A stretch of 64,000 nt of DNA. It comes from a virus. Taxonomy: Duplodnaviria > Caudoviricetes. This document shows, in pieces, positions 37,501-48,700 of the stretch. The notes beneath the pieces are model-generated. The model was not told the origin of the DNA, did no database searches, and saw only the letters and a program-made list of their open reading frames with translations. Every line of letters begins with the position of its first letter. Position 1 is the stretch's first letter. The stretch lies in the IMG/VR virus record IMGVR_UViG_3300032030_002018. One strand, given 5' to 3'. Both the position numbers and the translations under genes were made by a program.

Positions 37501-40500
37501 TTTAGAATAACCTTTGTGGCTTCTTTTGTTCCTTCTCCAGATTCTCTGTTGGCTAATAGGAAACCGTCTACGTAATCTTCGTCTACTGTCACATAATTAG
37601 CAAAAAAATCTTCGTAATTCTCCAATTTATCTGCAAAATATTTTACAGTATCACCTCCTTTTATTTTGTCATCTTGTACATCTTTATTATTTAATACCCA
37701 TCTATGAAAATCTTCTTTTGGGAATTCACCTGTAAATCTTAATTCAAGTTTTTGTATTGCCTTGAATCCTTCATTCATCCATTTGTTAAATTCGTCTATA
37801 AAAAAATTCCTAACGTCATTTCTTACGTTAATAAACTTTTTTCTATAATCATTGATATTTTCCTTAAGTTCCTTTATTTCACTATCTACAGACAATACAG
37901 CACCAGCTAAAAGAATTGAAGCATACGGTACAAAAGAACAAGGTGTTTTGTAATCTACGATTCTATCAAGACAAGTATCATAATCAACAAGATGCCTTAA
38001 TGAAATTAGAAAATATGTTGCCTTTTCTTTGTCACTACTTAATGAATAATATACAGGGCTTCCAAAAACACTTCTACTAACGTTCCCGTCATTTGTATCA
38101 TCATAATCAACATCTGTTAATACATTTACTGTGTATTTATTGAAATCATAATCAGCGCAAAATTCTTCAAAATTTATCTTCTCATATTTAACATCACTTT
38201 TTTCGAAATATGGCAAATTTCCTAAATCAAAATCAGAACCAGCTTCGCCATTACCCAAGACAAATCCTTTTTTAAATAAACCATATTTTTTTCCTTTATC
38301 AACCTTAATTGGAAAAACTTCTGCCGTTTGTTCTTTATCTTCAGTACCATCCTCTTTTTCTACAATAATAGGAATCTCTTTATTTATTTTTTTATAAAGA
38401 CCCTGGTGGTTAATATAGCAGTCCTCATACATCGCAGCGGTACATTTGAAATCTTTGAATATACCCTGTACTTCAGAAGAATACTCGTCGTTAAACTTAT
38501 TATTTATTATATTCTCATACCTATCAGGCGTTGCGTCTATGAAAACAACATTTGGAACTGTCTTGTCCTTTTCCTCATCATTTGCTGTGTCACTTGTAGC
38601 CAAATAATTATCCAACGAAGAAGGTCTTTGCCTATTGTCCTTACCAACAAAAGGCATATCACTGTTTATTTCTTTAAACCCTACATTTTGAACCGGAATA
38701 TAGTAAGATTTATTTTCAGACGTACCATCTTTAACGCCTGCATAACCTGCCTTAGACCTTGTTTTTACTGTTTCCTTTACAAAGAAATCATTTAGTTTGA
38801 AATCAGCGTTTCCTTCAGCCATAAACAATCCCTTGCTTCCCTTGCTTGATGGGTTGTCCCAGGCATATCCATATTCAGTGTCACTGTATTTCTTACCATA
38901 TGTCTTTCTTGTGCTATCACTTGAACCTTTAAGCAAGTCAACGAATACTTGTGTAAAGCTAACATTATCAACACTTAACTTCTCAATGAATTCCTTACTT
39001 GGATTTGGAAAGAACTTGGCGAAGTTATACGCCTCAAGTTTACCTATCGTTTTTGCGTGGCTTCCGTAATCAATGTTGCTGACACCGAATATCTGTGCCA
39101 TTCTTATACCAACCCTTCCAACTACATCAGTAAAATCTGAGAAATCAACATCGCTTCCGTATGGGTTTCCTGTTATTATGAAATCAGTAGGGCACATAGG
39201 ATATTCCATAGGTGTTGTATAACTACCTACATTATCAGTATTGGAAATCGGTTCTCCTCTTTTAGCGGCTTCTAATTTCTTACTCGCTTCGTTGACACCG
39301 TTAATGATGCCGTTAATCAAATCTTCCTCTCTCCAATTACCGGATAAGTTTCCAATCCAACATTCCTCTTCGTCGGAATATCCGCCTTCTGAATTCTTGT
39401 TCGACACTTCTGTTACCCTTGGAAATGGAGGTATATGGTCTTTTCCTATCCTCAAATCTGGTATTCTGTTAAGGTCGACGCCAAGTTTCTCCGGTGACCT
39501 GTTCTCTGTATCATTCTCGATATCAAGTGCTGTCTGTTTAATCATATGGATTAACGTCTCAAAATGAGCCATAATAATCCTTGATATGTTCTCTATCGTA
39601 GGAACAAACCCAAGAGCATCTATCATTTTCTGTTGCTCTTCTGTTATGCTGCTCTGTTGCTCATTCTCAATGTTCTGATTTACATCCTCATTCGTCTTGA
39701 ACAAAGTGTCGTAAAAACCGTTGTCAAGTATTATAACACCACTTATTTCATCTGTCGATATAGTGTGTGGTTTATCTTTATCATCTTTTCTCCATCTATC
39801 ACCTTTTCCAAATTTGCTTAATTTTCCCTTTCTGAACTTTTCAAGATATTCATTTAACCATTGTGTCACACCAGGATATGACTTGAGTTTTTCCTTCATA
39901 TCGTCACTTATCGCAAGTGACATCTCGTTCATTTTCTTTCCTTTGAATGAGAACAATGTTGTAGGCGAAATTGTTTCCGGCGAAGTAAGTGTATTCTTTA
40001 TGTTCTTACCTGTCTGACTATTGTAATTGTCTATTGAATCATTAAGGTTTTTCCATAAAAGTGCTGTTTTACCTTTATCAGACATAGACAATCTGTCCAT
40101 TATGTCCTTATTACTCTTAATATCCCCAGGTAATACACATACAACACCCCTTACATATTTTTGGCTTACACTATCGTATCCAATCTTGAAGTCTGTGAAC
40201 CACAGTCTTTTAGCCATTAAGAAATTAGCAACATTTCTTATGTGTTTCATATAGTCCTCATAACAAGACATTACATCAGACAATAATTTCTGTTCTGTGC
40301 TTCCATCTACATTGCTGTTAGTATTTGTATTGCCTGTAGTGTTTGATTTTCCATCATTCTGATTGTTTGTCTGTTTCTGAACAATGGTTCCATCAGCGCT
40401 AGCATAAGGAGGTTCCGCTGGTCTGTTTGCTCCGTTTGTCGTACCTGTATCTCCAAATCTAACAGGTTCATTCTGATTTTGCACTGACGGTGTTGTTTGC

Positions 40501-41594
40501 CACCCAAAATCAGGTCTGCTGCCTTCCGCAGGTGGTAATGACGCAACTAATGGCTGATTTGAAGTTGTTTCTGAAACTGCAGAACTGTTTGATGTTGTGT
40601 TGGTATCTGTCGAGTTAGTTGAGCCTGTGCTTTGTGTTTCTGAATTACTTGATGATTCTTGTGCTTCCCTTTCTGCTTGTTCCTGTACATATGCTGTGCT
40701 TGTCTGTTCTTGCTGTTCAGTAGTTAAACTCTTTATGGTCTGTACAATTTCTGGAAGTCTTTTCATTGGTGTATGTCCACCAGTTTCATCTATTGTATAG
40801 AACTCACCTGAATTTACTTTCTCATTCCAATAGTCTTCACCAAGATAATCAGAATATGGTGCAGACGTTATTGCATTCATCATAACATCAGAAAGGAAAG
40901 CATATGCAAATCCGACAAACGTTGAGTCAACATTGAAATTTCCTGTTGAAGAATCAAAATGAGCCTTCCATTCTGAACAAGAAAGTTCATAAGATACAGG
41001 TTCCCCATAAAATCCCTTCACTTCAAGTATATACCTTGGATAAGGAAAAGAGAAAAATGACTTGAAGAACGAACCCTCAACATCTAATTTGTGTAATCCT
41101 GTAGTAGCATCGTGAGCCTCTTCCTCAGGAGAGAATAATGATGCGCCCCTAACGTCGACGAACTTAATCTTGACTTGTGGAACCATCATATGGGTGTATT
41201 CAATGTCAATTGAAGATATGCCAAACATTTCGTTATTCTCACCTGTTTTAACATCGTCAACATACAAATCAGTGTATTTTGTCGTCAAATAACATCTTGT
41301 TTTGCATTCAACACCCTCATATTCAGTACCTTTTAGAAAACTTAGGAATTCTCCAGGCTGCATATCCTCATAATTCACAGCAAACTCCTTACCTTCGTTT
41401 GTTGTGTGTATGTTTATATTACGCCCCTTAACCTGAACCTTCAGATTAACGAATATCGAATAATCTGATGGGTCAGGTATAGACTCATTTGTATGTAATC
41501 CGTGTTCTCCTATGTCAGTTCCTACATTGCTGACATAATTTGGTTCTACATAATATATCCTACTATTTCCAATTGGTATTAAATCTTCTGCCAT
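34545..41594 (-). CDS. Large baseplate hub / tail-associated lysin (gp27/VgrG-like hub plus C-terminal CHAP/NlpC-like amidase)
   Basis: MGCAWIQPLMYF..RGTYQIMNVTHSI hub motif; C-terminal GRCTHWV...TGDICV...GYHSC (Cys-His). Confidence 0.7.
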   Translation of the reverse strand: MAEDLIPIGNSRIYYVEPNYVSNVGTDIGEHGLHTNESIPDPSDYSIFVNLKVQVKGRNINIHTTNEGKEFAVNYEDMQPGEFLSFLKGTEYEGVECKTRCYLTTKYTDLYVDDVKTGENNEMFGISSIDIEYTHMMVPQVKIKFVDVRGASLFSPEEEAHDATTGLHKLDVEGSFFKSFFSFPYPRYILEVKGFYGEPVSYELSCSEWKAHFDSSTGNFNVDSTFVGFAYAFLSDVMMNAITSAPYSDYLGEDYWNEKVNSGEFYTIDETGGHTPMKRLPEIVQTIKSLTTEQQEQTSTAYVQEQAEREAQESSSNSETQSTGSTNSTDTNTTSNSSAVSETTSNQPLVASLPPAEGSRPDFGWQTTPSVQNQNEPVRFGDTGTTNGANRPAEPPYASADGTIVQKQTNNQNDGKSNTTGNTNTNSNVDGSTEQKLLSDVMSCYEDYMKHIRNVANFLMAKRLWFTDFKIGYDSVSQKYVRGVVCVLPGDIKSNKDIMDRLSMSDKGKTALLWKNLNDSIDNYNSQTGKNIKNTLTSPETISPTTLFSFKGKKMNEMSLAISDDMKEKLKSYPGVTQWLNEYLEKFRKGKLSKFGKGDRWRKDDKDKPHTISTDEISGVIILDNGFYDTLFKTNEDVNQNIENEQQSSITEEQQKMIDALGFVPTIENISRIIMAHFETLIHMIKQTALDIENDTENRSPEKLGVDLNRIPDLRIGKDHIPPFPRVTEVSNKNSEGGYSDEEECWIGNLSGNWREEDLINGIINGVNEASKKLEAAKRGEPISNTDNVGSYTTPMEYPMCPTDFIITGNPYGSDVDFSDFTDVVGRVGIRMAQIFGVSNIDYGSHAKTIGKLEAYNFAKFFPNPSKEFIEKLSVDNVSFTQVFVDLLKGSSDSTRKTYGKKYSDTEYGYAWDNPSSKGSKGLFMAEGNADFKLNDFFVKETVKTRSKAGYAGVKDGTSENKSYYIPVQNVGFKEINSDMPFVGKDNRQRPSSLDNYLATSDTANDEEKDKTVPNVVFIDATPDRYENIINNKFNDEYSSEVQGIFKDFKCTAAMYEDCYINHQGLYKKINKEIPIIVEKEDGTEDKEQTAEVFPIKVDKGKKYGLFKKGFVLGNGEAGSDFDLGNLPYFEKSDVKYEKINFEEFCADYDFNKYTVNVLTDVDYDDTNDGNVSRSVFGSPVYYSLSSDKEKATYFLISLRHLVDYDTCLDRIVDYKTPCSFVPYASILLAGAVLSVDSEIKELKENINDYRKKFINVRNDVRNFFIDEFNKWMNEGFKAIQKLELRFTGEFPKEDFHRWVLNNKDVQDDKIKGGDTVKYFADKLENYEDFFANYVTVDEDYVDGFLLANRESGEGTKEATKVILKRYAVLKTTAYAEKDRKGVISISQSNGNNFIDGFVDELKIQYGVSSNTTDNKGETSGTKLAKDNATMTNDDIRVGIYRYIKLIYDRWIAGDNVGDNFTLKYYFEGDNPVFVFIDTFYHKIGQSILINIGDFADKIIEAQTSRQYSLLSMFGDICNVNKFLFFCINNFIDLSKQENLKNIFKPISYLDMKKPANHPNFIFNYTYEASSHLDLGDGNAYKGDSFMITPEGSHLPIPLQGGNETDYHIPAFGVSYGKQYQSFFSDIDVSMDSPIATDQAIKAQYMIASMNNDNKESENKRMSFVGQDLYTVYSNNSYTCTIKMMGCAWIQPLMYFCLTNVPLFRGTYQIMNVTHSIQPGNMTTTFKGVRMANVQNRKVKNWVTKGLLNQSSGRNDMEARKNALANYDNDCPYKVYPLFGGGKGGSIPQEDLMSRTIDVWNKYGWNVDKWKDASIESAFENQPLWETLCDIVYRETGGEYSGRIGNKIQAAFICNYWHHPNKKYSHGIFKNKKMGWYNEDYLDKPFRAGNYKKYKYWEDIKEVFFNGPASLIGQMTEVSYPVEIVSKYNHTGKKSSPVALTYDMLSKMTNYCTMCGWDPVLAKQKVCKGAAKENPNQAFWWGGEWLFQNKYHIYVNDGSIDHFWQLEPEVRNDKDKEKDKLAKAFAKAVNQTCQSSGIGANIGIDEKNIANNTIRFTCDDKSKLIGVFDVCLNSDYIRYVEELKWVIKDDNGAKENPEHIQVKVVEKTPPSRIIGVYKADGTCFDSKEVHDGYRKCITKYLKSGGNESFIKTKIDSNGIEIKDCNSLIGNSDYGYGTELGKGGSIEGIDENATIGGWKVGLFEKQLILDSNHGYDGRCTHWVMVALDKSGQKYTRVTYPWQLMQSLLSTGEWVAAASGTTPASVVRDFNFSVTPQTGDICVMWPVGWDKRSSVPGSGYHSCGYCGSKYKQWCAGTLQKHVSPYGAVTRTAKSGETFKQYPLTYFLLRHK

Positions 41595-41598
41595 AATG

Positions 41599-41919
41599 TT
41601 AATCTAGTCCGTACAATTTTATATATAAGTCAATGTCGTCGTTGTATTTCTGAATAGTGGAATCCAACGGAAACGGTATCCTTAATAACGCTCCGTTTGG
41701 AATACAGAACTCCAAAGAGCCGTATTCAGGGTTTGCCTGCATTATCAACCAATCATAATTAGCATTGCCATAATACTGATACGACAATAAATCAAGCCTT
41801 GTCCTACCAGCTTCATATGTATGGTAATAATCAGTACCCTTCTTTGGTATTGCTATAAATGGAACTTTCTTAACCTCGTTTCCGTTCCTGAATTTTCTAT
41901 ATCTGTCGTATGTTGCCAT
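41599..41919 (-). CDS. Baseplate LysM-like / tail X (gp53-like) protein
   Basis: RLDLLSYQYYGNANYDWLIMQANP...LRIP. Confidence 0.8.
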   Translation of the reverse strand: MATYDRYRKFRNGNEVKKVPFIAIPKKGTDYYHTYEAGRTRLDLLSYQYYGNANYDWLIMQANPEYGSLEFCIPNGALLRIPFPLDSTIQKYNDDIDLYIKLYGLD

Positions 41920-44900
41920 TACGGGAATAATTTAATCTTATCAATTTGTCCATTATCATTATAAAGTACCTCCTCAGACCTGTTGTCATAAACACCAGTG
42001 TTGGCATAATAATTGAACGAAACAGCATTCTGAAGCCTTGCAATAGGTCCTGCAAGGTCGCTTCCTCCAATAAATGTGAACCCAATCTGAACGTCAGCAA
42101 CCATCGGCATAACACCAATACCCTCTGTGTTCAAATCCCAATGTATTGGGTCGTAATTTATTGAAACATTCTTTATTATGACCTTTGTATAATAGAAATC
42201 TCCAATTCTAAGTATGCATACAGGAGGTCTTCCGAAAGAAAGGTTTCCTGCTGTCTTTGGTGTCAAGTCACTTCTTCCTACTGTCGGTCCTTGCCTTGTG
42301 CATTGATGTAAGAAAGTAAGCCTTGCATTAAAACCTTCAGGGGTTATTGAATGGAATGCAGGGTCAAAATACTTTATCTTGTCTGTTATCTTATGATGTA
42401 AGAATGGTGCTTTTAACGGCAAAAGTTTGAAAAACTCAGCCTCGTTATCGTGATTGCTGCTGCTGAAACTATATTGGAAATCATCAATTTCATCTTTTTT
42501 CTCATCAATATCAGTATTCTCCCTTATAACATCATCGCCAGCAATTGTTTCACCTGTCATATCATCTAAATACCTGATAGAATCGTTAAATTCATCAGGT
42601 GCAACAATGTCAAGTCTCTTAATCTGAGGCATACTGTTATAATAAGTATCTTTCTCATCTTCATCATCAACCACAGGACCAAGATACATACCACCACTTC
42701 TTTCAGAAGATTCACCAATTGTCTGCGCTTGACTTTTCTCGTCAACAATTACCTGCCTTGTTCCTCCTGTAACGCCTACACTAGTAACTCCAGTATCGCC
42801 TGTTTCTGAATCTCCACCGACATTAGCACCTCTTACAACTTCCTTGATTGTGTCCTTGTCTTCATTGACCTCATCTGTGTCAACGTACATATCAACCCTT
42901 ACACATCTGTACATCTTGTTTTCAAGACTGCTTACATTACCTCTATCGCCCTCACTTCCACCAACAGCACCTTCTTTGAATAGATATTTGTCACACTCAA
43001 CCAATTTCTCATCCTGAAGCCATAATTTAACAGTGTTCGCACGATTCTTTATTAGTTTTGAATTCCTGTCCTTGTTCCTTGTTATTCCGTGACTGTCAGC
43101 AAATCCCTGACAAACTATCTTACTGAATTTGTGGTTCATAACAATATCCCTGAATGCAAGAACACGTTCCTCATCATAATACCCAGTAAAAGCGTCCTCA
43201 TAATACTCATTCAGTGCAATATAAACATCAAATAAACTATACAGTTTTCCCTTGTCTTTGATACCATACACCTCGCATATCTTGTCACGTTGACCACCAG
43301 CATTCAATCTGTAGCTTGTCGTATCATAATAATCTATTGTTGAATTGTACTTATGACCACTACTGTCAATCTCTTCCTTGTCGAGAATCTCATTCTCATT
43401 ATCCTTGTCAACCCTGTACGTCCATTTTCCAACCTTCTTGTCCGTAGAACCCTGTCTGAATATATTCAACCTTCTTCCGCCACCTTCTCCATCCAAAGGC
43501 GGATTAAGATTTTCGTGAGAACCCTCGTGCCATACCGCTACAAGAAAATCACTCTCACCAACAGTATAAGCTGTATTGTAATCAACAACACTGACTCCAA
43601 TACCATTTCCTTGTACCTCATATCCTCCAACCCTTAGGTTCTTGTTTGGGTCTGCATACCATTTGTGCATATCATAGCTCAGTATCTTTCTCCTGTTTCT
43701 GTCAATCATTGGTCCAACGCCGTCAAGAAGATAACATATCGGTTCAGAAGGTTCTTGACTGTTGTCAAATTTACCAGAATAATCATTTGGGAAGAACACA
43801 AAGAAAGTCAAAACATCAGTTGTTGCTGAATTTTCCTTGTCCTCAGGAACTACTTCTTCTGTTTTTTCAGGAGCGTCCTTTGCTGTAAGCATATCACATC
43901 CTGCAAAAAACCTCAAAAGTGACTGTTCTGAGCTATCAATATCGTCAACCTCAGAAGGTTCTTCATTATAATCCTTTCCATTCCAAAAATCAAGGACAGA
44001 TGGATGGTCTATCAATAGTTTAAATGACAAACTACCCTCTCTGCTTGTGTTTCCATAAGTATATATATCCTCGCCTCTTCCAATGAATGTATTGTTCTTC
44101 CAATCAACATTGACACTCTCATTGAACTTCAAGTCGTACGGTGGAAACCACATAATCCTACCACCAAAAGGTCCTTTCTGTTCATCTGACAAAGCATTTG
44201 AGAACATACCCTTCCAAGCAAGGTTCTCAATGGAGAACATACATTTCTTGATATCCTTAACAACATCATTTGGAGTTATGTTGACCATACCATTCTCAGT
44301 GTTCTTAACTCCATAAGTATCAAGCCTTTTGCCACCTGTTCCACCAACACCGCTGTCAGTACTCCTGAAGTTTTTGAACCCATACTTGTTCTCCAATTCC
44401 TCATTGGTTATAATCTTACCATCCTCACTTAATGGTCTTATAGCATCAGCCAACGACTTGTACTGATGATGATAAGTCCAAACACGACAATAAGGATTGC
44501 CATACCCCTCAGATGAATCAGGATTCCTTTTCAGAAGGTTTCTACCCTTTGACATACCATATTTCTTGCTTATGGCAGAACTTGTGATATCACCCTCAAA
44601 TGAATCTGTAGCCTTTGTGTGGAATCTTGCGATAAGGGTTTTGTATTTGTCGTCCTTGAAATTCTTGTTTGTCTTGTTTATCAGGTCATTCTTACTTGTG
44701 TCCGACAATTCAAAACTTGAAACATATCCATATTTAATTCCGTCGTTAAAACTACCGCTTATATTTGGAGATGAACCAGCCTCATTTTCAGCATAAGACT
44801 CAATTCTGTTCCCATTAGAAAAAGTACTATGCAATTCACTGGTATTGAACACATATCTCATTGGATTACTTCCTATTGTATCATTTCCGACAATAATACC

Positions 44901-45671
44901 TATGTCATCTATGTAGTTCTTACCACTTAACGGATTGAAATCATTGTTTGACAGTATATTATCAACATACCCCTTATATTTGTCACCAAGTGATTTATAA
45001 TATTCTTCATAAGAGCCTAAACTATTATAATTCAAATAGTTACTATTGTAAAGCGGACTTTTATTCTCTTCAAGTGGACTTAAATTACCGTACCTACCAG
45101 TTTCTTTGTCCAATCTATTTGATATTGAAAATATGTTGTTCTTTACAACGCCATCTGTATTCGCTCCGAATAATTCTGCAACAGCTTTGGTTATATAGAA
45201 TCCCTTGCTTTTCCTTTTATCATTGTATTCTATTGATTTGTCGAGAGTGCCTTTCAATAGAAAGTTTCCCAGTTTACCTGTTCTTGTGTCATTTTTACCG
45301 TTTGGATTTGTTATGATAACAGTATTGCTTGCGTCAGATAATAGGTTTGTTATAACATTGCTGTCAACATATCCTACCTTATAATCATCTGAATACAAAC
45401 CATATCCATATACATTCTTGGCATATTCGATATAATTGAAATACCTTTTCTTGTCAGAATCCTCACCAAACCAAGGTGTTTTATATAGGTTATAATACGG
45501 GTCAGATACCCAACTTATAGGTGTCGAGTATCCGTCGTATTTAAAGTCTGCATTTCCTATGTTTCTCCTAAGATGTCCAATCATAAAGTCGTAACATCTA
45601 TTAAGAAGACCTATCTTGCATATTCTATGTGTTCTGTCAAAACTATAAATCATACCAAATAAAAAATACAA
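41919..45671 (-). CDS. Baseplate/tube-initiator (gp48/54-like) protein with internal OmpA-like domain
   Basis: GRIMWFPPY..W....IGR.E.IYTY..R motif; GRPPVCILRIGDF; internal GFADSHG...NSKLIKNRANTV. Confidence 0.65.
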   Translation of the reverse strand: MYFLFGMIYSFDRTHRICKIGLLNRCYDFMIGHLRRNIGNADFKYDGYSTPISWVSDPYYNLYKTPWFGEDSDKKRYFNYIEYAKNVYGYGLYSDDYKVGYVDSNVITNLLSDASNTVIITNPNGKNDTRTGKLGNFLLKGTLDKSIEYNDKRKSKGFYITKAVAELFGANTDGVVKNNIFSISNRLDKETGRYGNLSPLEENKSPLYNSNYLNYNSLGSYEEYYKSLGDKYKGYVDNILSNNDFNPLSGKNYIDDIGIIVGNDTIGSNPMRYVFNTSELHSTFSNGNRIESYAENEAGSSPNISGSFNDGIKYGYVSSFELSDTSKNDLINKTNKNFKDDKYKTLIARFHTKATDSFEGDITSSAISKKYGMSKGRNLLKRNPDSSEGYGNPYCRVWTYHHQYKSLADAIRPLSEDGKIITNEELENKYGFKNFRSTDSGVGGTGGKRLDTYGVKNTENGMVNITPNDVVKDIKKCMFSIENLAWKGMFSNALSDEQKGPFGGRIMWFPPYDLKFNESVNVDWKNNTFIGRGEDIYTYGNTSREGSLSFKLLIDHPSVLDFWNGKDYNEEPSEVDDIDSSEQSLLRFFAGCDMLTAKDAPEKTEEVVPEDKENSATTDVLTFFVFFPNDYSGKFDNSQEPSEPICYLLDGVGPMIDRNRRKILSYDMHKWYADPNKNLRVGGYEVQGNGIGVSVVDYNTAYTVGESDFLVAVWHEGSHENLNPPLDGEGGGRRLNIFRQGSTDKKVGKWTYRVDKDNENEILDKEEIDSSGHKYNSTIDYYDTTSYRLNAGGQRDKICEVYGIKDKGKLYSLFDVYIALNEYYEDAFTGYYDEERVLAFRDIVMNHKFSKIVCQGFADSHGITRNKDRNSKLIKNRANTVKLWLQDEKLVECDKYLFKEGAVGGSEGDRGNVSSLENKMYRCVRVDMYVDTDEVNEDKDTIKEVVRGANVGGDSETGDTGVTSVGVTGGTRQVIVDEKSQAQTIGESSERSGGMYLGPVVDDEDEKDTYYNSMPQIKRLDIVAPDEFNDSIRYLDDMTGETIAGDDVIRENTDIDEKKDEIDDFQYSFSSSNHDNEAEFFKLLPLKAPFLHHKITDKIKYFDPAFHSITPEGFNARLTFLHQCTRQGPTVGRSDLTPKTAGNLSFGRPPVCILRIGDFYYTKVIIKNVSINYDPIHWDLNTEGIGVMPMVADVQIGFTFIGGSDLAGPIARLQNAVSFNYYANTGVYDNRSEEVLYNDNGQIDKIKLFP

Positions 45672-45704
45672 TTATCAGACAAAAAGTATATAATTGCCGT
45701 TATT

Positions 45705-48700
45705 TTATGTTCTGTTGTACATCATACTTGTGTTATATGACATACTCTCCTTATTCATCTTACCACCAGTTCCCTGTGTATTAAGTCTTTCCTTAACCAT
45801 CTCAACTATCTGTCTTCTGAACTCAGCGTTGTTCATCAACTCATTGAAATCTATTCCAACTCCTCCATTAGCACCTTCCAACCTTATTGTACCGCTTATG
45901 TTGACATTTATATCAGATACTGTGGTGTTTCCACCTCCATAAATCATTGTCTCACGATATTGTGAAACATTCGAAGGAACACTTCCTATTGGTTCTGAAG
46001 GCTTTACAGTTTCAGTGTAAAGACTTGATATGTTGTCGTTATTTAACTTCCTTACAATAATCTCATTGAACTTGCTTTCATTGGTTTCCTTTATTGTGTC
46101 ACTAACCATACCATTAGCATTAGGAGTTTCAATGCCAGCAATCTTATTCACAGCGAACAATATCTTCGATAATATTGAATCCTTATCCTCAACATTGTTA
46201 TCACCAAACACAAAGTTTCCAACTGAATCAAGTATGCTGGATATTGGATTCTTTACATTGCCTCCTTCTTTCTTTCCGAACAATGAACTTGATATAAGTC
46301 CTGCAACGCCAAGCATTCCTGACTTACCACCACTCTTAAGTAGTTCAAATAACGATTTCTGTTCTGCCTTGTTGAGAATCATCTCGCCACTGTTAGCCAT
46401 AACGTGTACCTTATCACCAGTGTATGAATCACCAGGAATCATAGCACCAATTGAAGACATAACGCTACTTGCGGTATTCTCCATCATACCCTCAATGGTA
46501 TCACTTCCACCCTTGCTTACCAAAAGTCCTTTTTCCGCCTTTTCAGGTATTATTCCACCATTTTCCTCACCGAAGAAATTGGAAATCTTGTCATATACCC
46601 ATTTATTGGCATCTGCGATAGGTTTTCCAACAATAGGTATTTTCTCAAAATTGTTCGACATATTGTCAACATATTCCTCAATCATACCCTTCTCAGTACC
46701 ATCATCACGTTTTCCTTCCTCTCTATTCCATTTGGTTATCAAAAGGTCGTGAATTCCAATAGTTGCCATAGCAGCCTTTTCCATCAACGCAGGGTCTGTA
46801 ATGTCGGTATAACCAATCTTACCAGTCTCAAAATCAGACTGTTGCTTTAACGCTGCTCTTTCTTCTTTTGATGTTCTCTTTCCAAGGATGTAATTAACAA
46901 CATCGCTGTCACGATATTGATTTAAGGCTTCATAAATAGCGCCAGCTGTAGCACCAATAGTAGTTCCAACTCCAGGAATTACACTTCCATAAGCACCCCA
47001 TTCCGCGGCACGAGTACCAATATTAAGTAACTTATTAATATGACCACCTTCTTCTATAACACCGCCCGCTACAAGCCCTTGGTTAAGCAAATCGCCGGCC
47101 ATTGAGTATAAAGAACCCTTCATAGCCCCTTTAAGGACTGTTCCGGCTACTTTTCCTGCCATTTGTCCGACTGTTTTGCCAGCAATAGAAGAAACTGCCT
47201 TGCTTGTTACTGACGCGGTTGTTTTTTCACCTGCTAAATATGCAGCCGTCATAACTGTATTACCAGCCTTACTTGCTATACTTTCCTCTTCTTCTTGTAT
47301 TTCTTCCTGCTTTTCTTCTGTACGCCTTACTCCTGCTAATGCTGAAAGTAATTCATTCCTTTCAATAGCAAGTTTAACTAACTCGCATATACTACATTCG
47401 CCTTCACTAACATTTGTATTAGCACTTGAAATATTTGAAGTAGGCTTTTCTTCTTGAGATTGTTTTGAAGATAAAAGTTGACTACCAATCATTAATGCAG
47501 CCATAGCAATCATACCCTTACCACCGCCGCCTTTGAATTTAAATCCGGAAGAACCTGGTGGTGTTACTCTTCCTCTTGCAGGAGTTGGTCTTCTATAGCG
47601 AACTGTCATACCAGTTCCACCATTTCCTTTTCTGACTCTAATATTCCGCGTTCTAGGTTTAGCAGTCCCGGTTGATGATGCTGATGAACCACCTGCTGAT
47701 GATACTGTTGAACCACCTGCTGATGATGCTGATGAACCACCTGCTGATGATGCTGATGAACCGCCTGCTGATGGTGCTTGTGTACTTGTTGCTTTACCTT
47801 TAAACCAATTCTTTGGATTTAATTTTTGTGACGCTTTGTATGTCCAACCTCCCTTTGCATAATTTCTAGCGAAACTTTTACGTATAGCACCATTATGTCC
47901 GAAAAGTTTTCTACCTATCATAGGTCCAACGACAGCAGTACCTAGGCTTGCAATACCAATAACCCAACTTGGTAAAGTGGATACAAGACTTCCTAATGGT
48001 TTTAAAATTAAATTCTTAAACCATTGAAATGGTGTACTTAACCAATCTGCTGATGCTGCTTTTACTCCATCAATAAAGCCATCCTTTAATTCTGCTGCGC
48101 TTGCTGTCTTTTTAGCTTGTTCTTTTAATTGGTCTGATATTGGACCAGTAAGATGTTCCCTAATTGCACGAATATCTTTAAACGCATTCTCCTCATTTAT
48201 GTCGAGTGCTTGATTTTGTGCTATTTCTTCAGCTGTGACTGCTGTTATGGCTTTTTTCTCAATTTCACCATTTTCTTTGATGATATTGATAACATTCTGT
48301 TTGGTTTCAGAGTCAAAATACGACTTATTCTTGATATAAGCCTCTTCAATTGCTCTTTTGTCCTTATCTTTACTTAACTGATTTCTCTTACTAAGTTCAG
48401 CATCAATTATCTTCCTTCTGCTTTCCTGTTTTGCTATATTGGTAAGTTCTTGCGCTGATATACCCATAGCATCAGCAGCAGCCTTTATCCTATGCATATC
48501 AACAGGATTGATTTTCATCTCACCCGTATTCTTATCCATAGTAGCCAAACCACCAACAGCCTTAACAACATCATCAAACAACGCTTCTGGGTCTGACCAA
48601 GCCTTATACATCATACCCATTGGATTACTTGCAACTGACGCGAAACCACCGCCAAGCATCTGTAATCCTGCCGCATTTTTCAAAGAATCTTCAATGGTGT

